In this document: positions 51,615 to 64,000 of the stretch, piece by piece | Numbering within the stretch: the stretch's first letter is position 1 | Layout: the number at the start of each line of letters is the position of its first letter | Assembly (NCBI GenBank): GCA_051294375.1 | Contig: CM119266.1 | Location: 3,290,030 to 3,354,029, forward strand | From: Paraspadella gotoi | Lineage: Eukaryota; Animalia; Chaetognatha | Length of the DNA: 64,000 bases | Direction of reading: 5' to 3' | Notes under the pieces: model-generated | The model's database searches: none | What the model was told of the DNA's origin: nothing | What the model saw: only the letters and a program-made list of their open reading frames with translations | Translations under genes and position numbers: made by a program

Positions 51615-54600
51615 TTACATGGCGGGAGTGAGCCAAGTGGGGGCGTCGTACGAACTGAGGTCGCGGAGATCGGAGAGAAAGCCTTCGGGGGTCAGGAGGT
51701 GAGTGGAACCGACGAGCAGATCCCACTTCGGGTTGGTCTTCTGCACCTCGTAACAGGTGCGCATCTCCGAGTAGGAGAGGCCGCCGATGACGAAGAGAAT
51801 GAGGCGCGGGACGCTGCGTTGCGCGCCTTTGTCCTTGTGCCAGAGACCATAACGCGCCGAGGTTGGCGCAGTCGGGTAGTTGCCTGAAAAGTGGGTAGGG
51901 GGAGAGAAGGCCTAAGGTTTATTGAAATTGAAATTTTATTTTTAATTTATTGTTAAGCAATCTCGAATTATTGAACTGTCGCTGAAAATAAAATTATAAT
52001 TGGCGACGGAAAACTAAAAGTTTGCAGTGTGGCAGTTGGACTTGAAGCCGACTGAGCACTGTCGGTCCGCGAAGTTGAGGACCGAAAATCATCTAGGCTC
52101 CAATCCCTGGATGTCCCAGGACAGTTTAAAACCATGCAGTGACTGGAGGCGGTCACTGAGGTTCCGCAGCCCATACACCAGTTGGTGAGATGTCCCGCGC
52201 CCCGGGTATTACAGGCCATCCGCACCATTTCCAAAACTAACATTTCATTTATCAATATATATTTTGAATATTGCATTCGCCTCAAGATCTTTGGCTTTAC
52301 ATTCGTTGCCAACTCGATCACCCCCCTCTCTACCCTCTCACCAGGTGCTCTGCCCGAGAGATACGGAAAGTGGCGCTGGTCTATCTTGTCCTCGAGCCCG
52401 TCCTCAAGCAAATCCTTCAAGTAGGGCGTCCACCGAGAGAGCTTGTACTGGTACTCTCTCTCGCGCTTGTTGGGCTTGTTGTGGTTGCGGTTCTTGGATT
52501 GGTCGGAGATGATGTTGACGCCCAAGTGCATCATGTTAGTGATGATGCATTTCTCCTCGGCCGGGATCTGCGCGTGCTGGATCAGCTTGTTGATGTTCTC
52601 CTCAGAGATCCCGTTCTTGACGATGATGTAGAGGAGGATGATGCGCAGCTTGTCGTGGATGGATACCTTGGTGATGGTGAGAGGGTTCATTTTGCGTCGT
52701 TCGTTAATACCATAGTTACTAATTAGTACATACTACATAATTACCCTAATCCATTAATCCTCAATTCATCAATTCATTTTTCTCTCTTCATCAATTTCAA
52801 TTTATTTCTCCAGACATTCTCCATTTGATTCTCCTTCGGTTTCTCTCATCCTTAAATTCCTCCACCCCATCCAATCCAGTCCTTCATCCATTCCTCCCAT
52901 TCCCCAACCCATTCCCCCCCCCCCAACCTGCGCGTCCAAGAGAATGGGGACGATGTTCCGCATGTGATCCTTGATCCTCTCCCCTTCGGCGTCGACTCCC
53001 GTGGCGAGGTCTTGCTCCACCGGACAGAGCTTTTCCACGTAGCCAGTGTACTTGTTCATGCAGTCCTCGGCCAGGTGGAGGTGCAGGGAGTACTTGGCGA
53101 TCTCCTTCTGGTATTGGGGCATCTTTTTCAGCATCTGTGAGAGATCCTTCATCGAGGATTTGTCCGACGAAGCCATTCGCTTTTCTTTGGCGAAGTCCTT
53201 GAGCTTCTTGGTCACTTGCTGTCGGAAGGGGGAGGAGAGAGGCGAGGAAACGGGGGGGGAAATGGTAAGTTAAGTGAAAGTACAGTTGTCATTGCGGCGA
53301 TTCAAAGATAATTCGCGATGGATTGGAGTCTCTCCAAAAAATTCAATTCTCTTAAGGGGACCAAGTGAACAGGGGGGGTAAAAAAGCTGAAAACATAACG
53401 TTTGACCCTTTAACTTAAGCTGGTTCTGATCATATAATTTTTTCTTCTATAATCATTTGGGAAAGTAGTTAAAAAATTCGATAAAATCAGCGAGCTTAAT
53501 TTTCTTTAAAAAATCGGTAAGAAGAAAATCTTTTTCAAGTTTAAAATTTTTTTTTCCTAAAAAGGGTAAGATCTAATTTTAAAAAGATTTTCAGCTTTTA
53601 TCACAAAAATTTATAAGAAAAAAAACTAGGAATGAATCAAAATTTAAGGTATCGACTGATTTTTTTTAAACTTTCTTTTCAAATGATTCTGTTAATTGGA
53701 TGAAAATAAAACTCTTTGAAGTAATATAAATATAAAAAGAAGAAGAAAAGATTCTGTACTTTTGCTAAATTTTTAATTGTTATAATTAGGAATCAATATA
53801 GTTTAATTATACATTTAAGGGATGAATATGAAAATATAATTAATAATTATTACAGTTTTGTTTCTGTAAGAATAGAATTTAGATTTGATTTGTCTGCTTT
53901 AAGTAAATATAAAAATATATAAATATTAGTCTTGTAAAGCCTTTGTTCAATGAGGCTTAAACCTAAAATTATAGCTTTGTACAGTAAAAAATAAAAAATT
54001 GGAATTTAGTAAAAAATACTTTTTTTAATGCAAAAATAAAATAATGGATATATATAAATATTTAGGTAGGTCAACTAAATTTTTTTTCATAATTATTAAA
54101 TTTTTGTTTCCGCTACAATAAGAGAGGGATTTTTTTGCCACTTTCCCGTGCAAAGAAAAATTATATAACTATCACCATTCAAATTCCTTTGATGATAGAC
54201 CCTTAAGCTTATGATATCATTTTTATCACTGGGTCCCCTTAACTCCTCTTGCATCTCACCTTAAAAACCTAATCAATTCAAAATCTTTTTTTTTAATAAG
54301 TAAACCCAAATATTTTAGAAATCAATTTTTTAAATTATTCAAAAAAATAGCATATTGCAGAGTTGTGTTTTGACTCGACATGTCATGTTCAGAGACCCTA
54401 AATGAATAGACGCGTAATAAAATATCTCATTCATAAAAAAAAGTCCGATGTTGAATCATCTCTAAAAAGCCTCTTTCTGATACTGTCGGGAAGAAACTTT
54501 CGTGAAGATTCATCAGTTATTATTAAGATTCATGAGTTATTAACGATTATAGGAGAAGTGTTGGCCGTTGGGTTACTGATAGGTTTTGTGATTCTTGATC

Positions 54601-57600
54601 ATTGTGTTCTCTTCTGATCTATTACAGTGTACTGTGTAGATTCCAGGGTGCACTGTCAATGCACGGTCGCCCGTGATCAATCATTCCCTGGTTGCAGCGA
54701 GACTTTCTGCCACGCCTTGACTCTCGGTGACACTCCTTTGGTCACACAACACCCATCATTACCCGTTAGGGGGTACGCAGGATTCGCCCCCTAACAATAC
54801 TAAATTGAATGCATATGATCCCTCCCTCCCTTCTCGTCGGCACCTGCGAGACGACGGCGATGTGGTTGTGCTTCATCTCCACCCAGATGTCGTCCGACTC
54901 GTCGAGCAGCGCTTCCTTGTCCTGCATCTGTCCGGTCCCGCCCGCCGCGGTGTAGCGGTAGACGTCGTTCTCGATGGGAAGGAGGTCGTAGGCCATCGCC
55001 TGCAGATGGAGAATGCTGTTGTGATATTCGCTTGGGAAGGAAGGAAGACGATGCTGTTGTGATAAAACTGATGTAGATATTAGACAATGAAGATAAAATG
55101 GGGAGAGAGAAAGAGAGACCATAAAAGAGCAGGACGTTAAATGGTTTGTCCTGGGTCATAAATTGAGTCGCTTGCGTGTGAATGGCTATTTTTTCACCAT
55201 CAAACCCCAGAGGCCAGACTCGCCTGAAAAGTAAGTTCGTGCAGGAGCGGGGAGATGGGGTCGAAGCCCCGATCCATTATCACCAGCTGAGACTTCATCT
55301 TTTCGTGTCCGTCGCCCATCGTAGGATCGTCCGCCTGAAGGTGAGGTGGGATTAGGGTAAGGTGTAAAGGTTAGGAGAAAAGAGAGAGAGAAGAGTGGCA
55401 GGGAAAATATCAGAAGAGTGGTGAGTCTTGCCCAGAAGTCCTCTTACCACATTGAAGGAAAAACTCATGGATTTCTTGGATGAAATCAAAACGAGATTTA
55501 TTCTGGGAATAAAAAGGTGACGGTGAGACACACGCACGAGTCCCGATCAATTCTACTGAAACTAAAGAAATCTAAATCTATTTATATCTAGAGAGGAGGA
55601 TCGAAGGCAAGTGGTTTTGACAGTTCCATTGGTTCTGCAAGCTGATTGTCGATTCCGATTCTTCCTTGAAATCAAAATTTAGCAGATATATCTTAAAAAC
55701 TATCATATTAGAGAATACTAATCTCTAATTATTTTTTTATGTATATTGTAGCCCAGTCAGCTTATTTGTATATAGTACCACCCTTATATAATGTCAAAAT
55801 TTAAAATGGTTTTTTAAAAATTTTGAGAACCGATTCAGATTTCTCATAAAAAGTTGATAAAAGAAAATATAAATATTTTTCAAAAATTATGTTATTAAGT
55901 AGGATAAAATTATAAAAAACTATATTTTTAAGCTGAAAATTAAAAATCGGCATCTTAAATATAGTTTTTTACATTTTTTACCAACTTAATGAAATAATTT
56001 TCAAAAAAGAATTATACTTTCTTATATAAACTTTTTACAAGGAATCCAAATCCGTCCTTAAAATTTAAAAATTTTCATTTTGAAATTTTAGCTTATTATA
56101 TACTTATATTACTATATATAAATATAGCTCACTGGTGCCCATTAACATATAAAATTAAAAAAATTATTTACCAAAGTATTTTTATTAGTTTTTATTTTTA
56201 TGTTCTATATGTTTTTCACTTTTTCCAATCATGATTCGACGACTCCGATTCTGCGGAGATCGCCCGATCCTTCGATCCGATTCTGCTTTGGGTAAGGTTG
56301 ATTCTCCTACGATGATATTGTAATGATTGGAAAATATATTGGAATGATGGGACAGAGATCAAAGTGGTCCCGTGATACCAAATCAAGTCGAAAAAAAAAG
56401 TCGGTCAAAAAACGAGTATAAAGTTTATACTATAAACAAGTCGGAAGAACGTAAAGGTTAACAACACATCGCCCTAATTGAAACTGTTTATAGTTTAAAT
56501 CAATTGATACGTTTTATGTTAACGATAAAATATCACGGGAATCACTGTAAAAACCAAGCCTCGCCCACCACCTTTACCAATGATTACTACCCCCAAACCC
56601 CTAACCACCTTCCACAACCTTATAAGCGTCTAGCTTTTGCTGAACGAGCTGGGCAAGCTCCATGTTCTTTTGGAACTCTGCCCGGTACCGAATGGCCGGG
56701 TACTCGCGGAGAACGTTGCAGAGGGTGGCGATCTGTTCGGCGCACCGCTCCAGGTTTTCCGTACGCTGCGGAGTGTTGTATTGATGTGGGGAATAGAAGA
56801 GCTTGAAAGTGAACGGCGAGTCCAGCGAGAATATCTGCAAGAATGGAGAGAGATGGAAGACGAGAAACTTCAATGGAAGAAAAATAGCAAACATCCACTT
56901 TTCTGATCCCCTAAAAGCTTCCAGTCACTTGGTATCAAGCATTAAGCAAGTCTTGGTGGGATTGACAACTACATTTACATTATTTTTTTTCCACTCGTCC
57001 GATTCAAATGGACGAATAATTTTCCAGATCATTCTGGACTAATTTCCTAATCTCCTGTGCTTGGCATTGATTTGCATATCAGCGAATCAGCGTTGCTTTA
57101 AGAACTAAATCCCAATTTTACTATTATTTTTAATCAATGATTAATTACATACCTGTGATTCGTAGGGAAGAAACGCGATGTTGATTTCCTTGATGGTTTT
57201 GATTCTCTTGGCCATCTGATGCTTGGAGATGTCGTTGAAGATTTCGCTGGGACACGTCTCCGTGAAGAAGATGTGGGCGCACTTGTAGAGGGGGTTGACG
57301 GGATTGGTGAAGTCGCCCACCATCTGCGCCACCGACTTCTCGGAGGGGGTTATCAAGTAGACGGCCTCCATGGAGGGCAGGGGCTCGCGGCGTTTGTTGA
57401 GGTCCTCCACGATGGTGATGCCCTCGTTCATGATGTCGTGCATCTTGCAGCACGAGGAGATCATGCGCATGGAGAGCTGATCCACCACCAGGACCTGAGG
57501 AGGGATCAACCGAATCAATACGAATTGAGAAAAAAATATAACAGAAATAGACAAATTATTTAAAGCGAGGTTTAGTGAAAAAAAAAATGAAGTGCCAATA

Positions 57601-57814
57601 ATTTTTTTGTAAAACGTAATCAATCTGTCTTTTTCTCGATAATCACAGTACGCTCAATCCCACGAAAAAATTGTCCATTAAACCTTTATCAGTTTATGAC
57701 TGTCATAACATCCGGGGATTTCCTTACCTTCCACTGTCCTCCACCTCCTTCTTCTTTGACCGCTTTGACGACTTCATTGATGATCTTTTGTCCAACGACT
57801 TGTTTCAACGCCAT
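51615..57814 (-). CDS. STXBP1: Sec1/Munc18 family syntaxin-binding protein (STXBP1/unc-18/Rop-like), 8 exons
   Basis: Exons 57728-57814 ([17 protein letters not shown]), ~57153-57494 ([34 protein letters not shown]), ~56620-56834, 55224-~55333 ([17 protein letters not shown]), 54844-~54999 ([14 protein letters not shown]), ~52928-53218 ([14 protein letters not shown]), 52342-~52666 ([16 protein letters not shown]), 51615-~51883 ([24 protein letters not shown]). These are hallmark Munc18 motifs. Confidence 0.96.
53356..54238. mobile_element. Kolobok-like non-autonomous DNA element in a Munc18 intron
   Basis: TTAA TSD (53352-53355 and 54239-54242); TIR GGGGACCAAGTGA / TCACTGGGTCCCC with purine-purine termini. 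Confidence 0.65.
55670..56210. mobile_element. AT-rich dispersed repeat (MITE-like); uninterrupted copy of the element at ~39583-40775
   Basis: Colinear similarity to 39583-39930 plus 40578-40775. Related fragments at ~10150-10400, ~31250-31690 and ~49900-50200. Confidence 0.6.
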
Positions 57815-58636
57815 CTTGATTCACGTCTTGTAACTTAATTCCAATCTTCGCTCTCAATCCTTTTTTTTTTTTGATGGAATGTGGATTTAATCCGTTTCTC
57901 GAGTGGATTGTAAGTTGGGAGGATAGTGTGGTAAAGTGTTATTATTTTTTTCCGCGTGTATATGTTTGTATATGTTCATATATTTGTTTTTAACTTGGTT
58001 AGTCACGCACGTGAAAACGAAGGAGGTTTAAACTTGATTTTAGTCGAAGGTCGATAAATGTTTATCCATGCTACGACCGGGTGTAAAGCCTGTAAATGAC
58101 AAATAACTCGTAAATGCATAGTTAATTTCAACAATAAAATAAAGGAACGCCGGAGAAGATAAGAATTTCTCGATTTTTGTTCCTTGAACAATATATACGA
58201 CAACATTAATCAACATTATGGTTTAAAAGAGAAGATCATTTCTCGTGTTAATATTGCCCGTTTTTTCAACCCAGCATAGGGGTCGCGACAAACATATCCA
58301 TGACTTATCTTCAACAAATACATATATATAAAAGATGCAGGAAGCCGATATAAACGTTATCACAATATTCTTGATGAGAAAGGCCGTTTAAAAACATCGA
58401 CGATAATGGAGGCTATGAGGAGGTTATGAGTGTTTATAAATAATAAATGTAAATTGACATGAAAGACGATATTATCTATTTGGATACCAAACGCGTCAAA
58501 TGCCATTAAAAAGTCAAAAAGAGAGCGAGCGTAAAATATCCAAAATAGGTCAGGAGCCATCACGATCAATTCAGTTTTCTAAAAAATAAACATTTGTATT
58601 TTTTTTATTTATTAAGTTTTTTTTTTTTTTTTAATT

Positions 58637-59794
58637 TCACTTTTTCCAGCCATCATCTTCGTCGTAATCTCCGTTGGTTCTCGGCCCCTGAGGAATTCCT
58701 CTCTCTCCAACGTAGGAGGTTCCCTTCTCGCCCCTGGGCCCTTTAGGTCCCGGGGAACCCGGTTGGCCCCTGGCGCCGGGGCTTCCAGGATACCCCGGTG
58801 GCCCGGGATCCCCAGCGGGGCCGGGCAACCCGTCGAATCCAGACAAGCCCGGATTTCCGGTCTGCCCGGCGGCCCCGGGTTTTCCGGGCGGACCCGGATC
58901 GCCCTTTACCAACTGGAAGCTGACGTGATCGACACCGTGGGGCAACCCGGGCGGACCCCTCTCGCCTTTTACGCCTGGAAGACCGTCGAAACCCGCCAGG
59001 CCCGGTTCTCCGGGTTCCCCAGGTTCTCCCGGTTCTCCTGGAGGCCCGGGTTCTCCTTTGGTGCCATTAAATCCCATGGGACCAGGAAAGCCATCCCGTC
59101 CGGGCGGACCGGTGCCACCTCCCGCATCGCCCTTTCTACCCCGCCGACCAGGCTCGCCCGGCTCTCCTTTCGGCCCGGGCGGGCAGTCGCAGCCGGCGGC
59201 GCGAGTACGACGCCGAGAACGCCGAGGTACCGCAGCTTCTTCCTCCTCCGTCAGCCTGGTCCTTTTCGTCCTCCCGAAACTGTAGTCGATCAAATCGGCG
59301 CGATCCGGAGTCGGTCTCCCAGAAGACCTAGCCGACTCCTCGACCGACGCCCTCAAGCGGCGGATCTGATCCTCGAGAATCGTTACGTAGACGCAGAGAT
59401 AAATGAGCATCGCGAGGGCGACGCAAGCGAAGGTGAAGAAGTTGACGAATGGAGACCAAGTTTGGAGGTATTCGGGGTAGTTGCGGGCGGTAGGGGGCGG
59501 GGATGGTCTTCCAGTATGAGAGGCGGTCGAGGATGAGCGTTTCGGCATCGTAGTAGTGGAGGATCTTCGTTGCGGCACTGCCGCGTCGTCAGCGGCGGGA
59601 GCATCTGCGCGAAAGGCGCGGTTCATCGACCCCACGGGTCCGTTAGAAGTGGGCCCGTTGACGGCCTGGCGCCGTGCGGCGCTAGGGGCGACGGTGGCGT
59701 CGTCACCGAACTCTTCGTCAGCGGCGGCGTCGCTCATCTTGAAGAGCGAATCGATCGGCTTCTCGGCGTCGGAGAGAGAGAGAAGGATTTTCAT
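58637..59794 (-). CDS. Single-exon type II transmembrane collagen, MACIT (collagen XIII/XXIII/XXV, COL-99)-like
   Basis: 385-aa ORF: cytoplasmic N-terminus, TM helix [22 protein letters not shown], short coiled coil, furin-type site [22 protein letters not shown], then interrupted Gly-X-Y repeats. Confidence 0.85.
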   Translation of the reverse strand: MKILLSLSDAEKPIDSLFKMSDAAADEEFGDDATVAPSAARRQAVNGPTSNGPVGSMNRAFRADAPAADDAAVPQRRSSTTTMPKRSSSTASHTGRPSPPPTARNYPEYLQTWSPFVNFFTFACVALAMLIYLCVYVTILEDQIRRLRASVEESARSSGRPTPDRADLIDYSFGRTKRTRLTEEEEAAVPRRSRRRTRAAGCDCPPGPKGEPGEPGRRGRKGDAGGGTGPPGRDGFPGPMGFNGTKGEPGPPGEPGEPGEPGEPGLAGFDGLPGVKGERGPPGLPHGVDHVSFQLVKGDPGPPGKPGAAGQTGNPGLSGFDGLPGPAGDPGPPGYPGSPGARGQPGSPGPKGPRGEKGTSYVGERGIPQGPRTNGDYDEDDGWKK

Positions 59795-61270
59795 CGTTCA
59801 GGAGACGAGAGGGCGAGGAGTGTGTGGGGGAAGAATGGGCGGGGACATGGCGAGAGAGTGAGATGAAGACCCTGGGAGTCCGAAGGGAGATGATGACCCT
59901 GGGAGTCCGAAGGGAGAATGAGACAGAGGACGAGGGTTTTTACGTCGTTGAAAATCTAATGGAGTTTCTTTTTGAATGATTCAATTTTTCCTTTCCTTTC
60001 CCACCGAACAGTCAGGGACTCGCGTGACAAAAAAATATTAAATATCTAGGAGGAATCTTTTACTTTGTATTTTTTATTCACGGTCTTTTTGTAAAAATCA
60101 CCACGTTCCTCTCGACCGCTCGCACTCTTCATTTTCTATGGTGCAAGAATCACGGCCGGTTGAGCGCAGTCATGGTGCAAAGCGCCCTCATACGCGAAAG
60201 AGTGCGGGACGTTCCTTCTCCTACGTGCTTGAATGACCCTTTGAGACTTTTCTTCGTGACGTGGAGCGGCGGCGATATCGCGCCGTCGATTGGCGAAGCC
60301 TTTAAAATTGGTAACCAATGAGGGCGGGCCGTCGTCGTCAAAGATCGTGAGATTAATTTACTCGGAGGAAAAGGGAAATGGAAGAGAGATGAATAGAAGT
60401 GAGGAGCATAGGAGAAGAGTAAGTTAAAGTGAAAGGAGGAAAGTATAGAAAAGAGGAGACCTGGTGAAGAACCAACCAGGTTCACTTCGGAAATGACCGA
60501 TTTTTCCGCAACAAATTCGCACGGTTTGCCCCAGAAACTAACACCTTCCTCCTCTTCCTTCTCTTATAGAATATCCAAGCAATTCTCATCCTCCAAAAAT
60601 GAGAAAAAAATGCATCGCTGTCTTTCATTGCAGAATGTGGAGAAGAAGCACGCGAAAATGGGGGGGGGGTGGGGAGAGGAAGAGAAGGAGAGAAGAAGAT
60701 TGGAAAGAGAGAGGAATGGAGAAGATTTGAAAGAGGGAGGAAAGGAGGAAGGTTACATCGCAATTCCAAAGAAGAAACCGAAGGAGAAATCAAATTAATT
60801 TAATTCCATTCTAATAGAATTATTCCTCTACAGAGAGAAAATGAAAAGAGGAGGAAAAGATAAAATAAAAAATTAAAAAGATTGATTTGAACGATCAAAA
60901 AATTATGTTTTAATCGGGTCCGAATTTTAAAAACAAAGATACAAACGAAACTACATTTCACAACTTTGCCGCGACCACGGTAGAAAGAATGAAATTGAAA
61001 GACGTTCGTCATTTGAAACTCATGAATATAAGTAGATTGCCTAATAAATAATGAATATGGATGCGAGAGTGAAAGTCGATAAAAAAAAAAGGCATTTTAG
61101 TATATTGGGTGATGACCGAGGTGAGGGAGGAACGTCAGCTTTCGCAATGAAGAGTCCAGCTCGACACGAAAAAAAAAGCAAATGGTGAAGACGAGCACGA
61201 AACTAATACTTTGACGGCGACGAGTAAGTTAATTTACGATGAGGAGATAAGAGATCCGAGCGGAGGTGAG

Positions 61271-63941
61271 TCAGGTTTTCTTTTCCTCACTTTTTCCAGT
61301 GTCCGCGACAGGAACTGAAATAAAAAAAAAATATATGAGGCATATACATTATAAAAACAGGGTTATTTAAATTAAGGTTTAAGGATTTGTTAAAAGAACC
61401 GTTGTCGCGCAGCAGTTCTTCCCAAGTGGTGTCCTCGTCTAGCGGAACCCTTCGCCGCACGCCGTCGCCACCGGGGCCGCGTTCGAAGACTTCCTCGGGG
61501 GGATGGAATCCAGGGAAGAGCCCGTCGCCCGCCTCGAATCTCTGCGCAGCGTCGATCGCGTCGTCGATCAACTGCTCTTCGTCCGAGTCGCCGTAGGGAT
61601 TCTCTACACAACAGAATTTACCTCTTCATCTCTCTCCCTTTCTCTTGTTTTCATAAATGAAGTTTATTAAGCTGCCTTCATTATACAATTCATTACATTA
61701 AGTTATGACTAAACTCTGACGAAAAAAGCCAGAGGTTTTTTAATATATTCTTATACCGGCCAAGGTAGAATAATGGGAATATTGTTAAGGTTAAGTTTCA
61801 AGTCAATCCGACCGTCAATACAGAAAATTTTTAACTCTGATTGTGAAGTTATCTGTTATAAAAATAAAAAAAAATTGTTAATAAAAAGTCAGTTTGGTGA
61901 TTTGTTATTATAAAAGAAAATTCATGTAAAACCTAACTTATTTACTATAGTAACTATTATTAATCAAGCTGAAATTTTTATTTTTAATAGATTTTAAAGG
62001 GAAAACGTGATGATTATTATTAAGTATTATTCATATCATAAAAATCTTAAAAGTATAGTGATCTCGCCAGACGTTACTATCAAAGAAAATTAATAGAAAA
62101 AAAAAAGATTGACGCGATAAAAATTATTTACGTAATAGTAATTGATTGATTTATGTAATAGTAATTGATTGATTATGTAATAATAATTAATTGATTTACG
62201 TAATAATAACTGATTATGTAATAATAATTTATTATTGATGCGATGATAACCAAATATTGATGCGATGATAACCAAATATTGATGCGATGATAACCAAATA
62301 TTGATGCGATGATAACCAAATATGATTCGATGATAACAAATATTGGCGATATAATCATTCATTGAGGCGATGATAATCATTCATTGAGGCGATGATAATC
62401 ATTCATTGAGGCGATGATAATCATTCATTGAGGCGATGATAATCATCATTGAGGCGATGATAATCATTCATTGAGGCGATGATAATCATTCATTGAGGCG
62501 ATGATAATCATTCATTGAGCGATGATAATCATCATGAGGCGATGATAATCATTCATTGACGCGATGATAATCATTCATTGACGCGATGATAATCATTAAT
62601 TGACGCGATGATAATCATTCATTGACGCGATGATAATCAATTAATCATTCATTGAAGCAATGATAGTCATTAATTGAAACGGTGATAGTCATTCATTGAT
62701 GCGATGATAATCATTCATTGAGGCGATGATAATCATTCATTGAGGCGATGATAATCATTCATTGAGGCGATGATAATCATTCATTGAGGCGATGATAATC
62801 ATTCATTGACGCGATGATAATCAATTAATCATTCATTGAAGCAATGATAGTCATTAATTGAAGCGGTGATAGTCATTCATTTGATGCGATGATAATCATT
62901 CATTGAGGCGATGATAATCATTTCATTGAGGCGAGTGATAATCATTCATTGAGGCGATGATAATCATTCATTGAGGCGATGATAATCATTCATTGAGGCG
63001 ATGATAATCATTCATTGAGGCGATGATAATCATTCATTGAGGCGATGATAATCATTCATTGAGGCGATGATATCATTCATTGAGGCGATGATAATCATTC
63101 ATTGAGGGATGATAATCATTCATTGAGAGCGCGATGCTATAATGATATTATTGAGGCGATGATATCATTCATTTGAGGCGATGATAATCATTCATTGAGG
63201 CGATGATAATCATTTACTTAGGCGATGATAATCATTTATTGAGGCGATGATAATCCTTTATTGAGGCGATGATAATCCTTTATTGAGGCGATGATAATCC
63301 TTTATTGAGGCGATGATAGTCATTCATTGACGCGATGAGACATTCATTGTAATTAAAAACAAACAAATGCGTGTATGAGTGAGAGAGAGAGAGAAAGAAA
63401 AAGAAACAAGATAGATAAGCTGGACAGCCGCTGCAGAACGAACTCGTTTTTAGACGAATGAGAAGAATGATTTTGTCAATTATATATTGTAATCATCAGT
63501 CAGAAAAAGAAGTATCATCAACTTTTTCCCCAATTCCCTTTTGAGACGGATTTTAAAGTTTTGTTTTACGGCCTGAACTTTTTTTTTTCGCCGCATTGTA
63601 TGTCTCACTCTCTCTGCCCCTTCTTTTTAACCTGGCCCGTCGTCGATGGCCTCCATGCAGCACAAGGCATAAACCACGAAGGAAACGACGAGAGAGGGGG
63701 CGCCGACGACGACGCAGGCGAGGACGGGACTTTCCAACCAGACAGCGACGATGGTGGAGGATATCTCGTGGAGAAGACGGCGAAAGGTCATGAGGACCCC
63801 TCGTCCGCCGGAGAGAGGCTCGCGTCCGTGGACGACGCGGAGGACGAAAGCGTCGAGGATCTTTTCAAGATTCGCGTCCGAGGTTTTGGCAGAGTCAACA
63901 CGGAAGTCGGGCGGGAAGGGGGCCGCCGCGTAGAGAGAAGT
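61271..63941 (-). CDS. TMX3: 3' exons of a TMX3-like thioredoxin-related transmembrane protein (5' part lies beyond the window)
   Basis: Exon 63632-63941 reads LDAFVLRVVHGREPLSGGRGVLMTFRRLLHEISSTIVAVWLESPVLACVVVGAPSLVVSFVVYALCCMEAIDDGP, matching the TMX3 juxtamembrane/TM pattern. It is phase-compatible with acidic exon 61400-61603 and final exon 61271-61314, which ends in lysine-rich EEKKT*. Confidence 0.75.
62235..63345. repeat. 22-bp satellite array (GATGATAATCATTCATTGAGGC)n inside a dispersed element
   Basis: About 50 units. Shorter, degenerate arrays with similar flanks at ~21380-21630 and ~36245-36390. Confidence 0.9.
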
Positions 63942-64000
63942 CTGTCAGGGAGTGTAAATTAAATTAAAAGAACGATAAACCAAATAATAATTAATGTCTT

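Noticed and set aside
51968-52341. C-terminal extension of the 240-aa ORF as part of Munc18
   Set aside because: Read-through past the donor at 52342 into an intron; the conserved C-terminus is in exon 51615-51883.
58763-59866. Plus-strand ORFs overlapping the collagen gene (similar antisense ORFs over the Munc18, XK and TMX3 exons)
   Set aside because: Antisense shadows of GC-rich coding exons.

Overview
AT-rich eukaryotic (invertebrate animal-like) genomic DNA with GC-rich exons, abundant (AG)n microsatellites, TTAGGG-like tracts and one assembly gap (36176-36200). Most of the ORF track is microsatellite noise; the real genes are spliced, all on the minus strand, and I assembled them by hand from splice sites and phases. 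From the right end: the 3' exons of a TMX3-like ER oxidoreductase; an intronless type II transmembrane collagen (MACIT-like); a complete 8-exon Munc18/STXBP1 (unc-18/Rop) gene; a small 5-exon coiled-coil gene; a roughly 22-exon, roughly 1,800-aa gene at 22655-45455; and weakly supported exons of an unknown gene near 5.5-7.4 kb. The 22-exon gene joins a signal peptide, about 10 EGF/cbEGF domains, six repeats of an unusual Cys-rich sushi-like module, two Ig-like domains and a TM helix in frame to an XK-related (Xkr scramblase family) domain, and is the best candidate for something undescribed. The mobile DNA is also notable: a TRIM whose LTRs contain a tRNA-like sequence, small palindromic Penelope-type inserts carrying hammerhead ribozyme motifs (one with its empty site elsewhere in the window), a nested transposon stack at 12.2-18.9 kb, DINE-1/Helentron-like elements and a Kolobok-like MITE. 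No database searches were run; family calls rest on recognised motifs.
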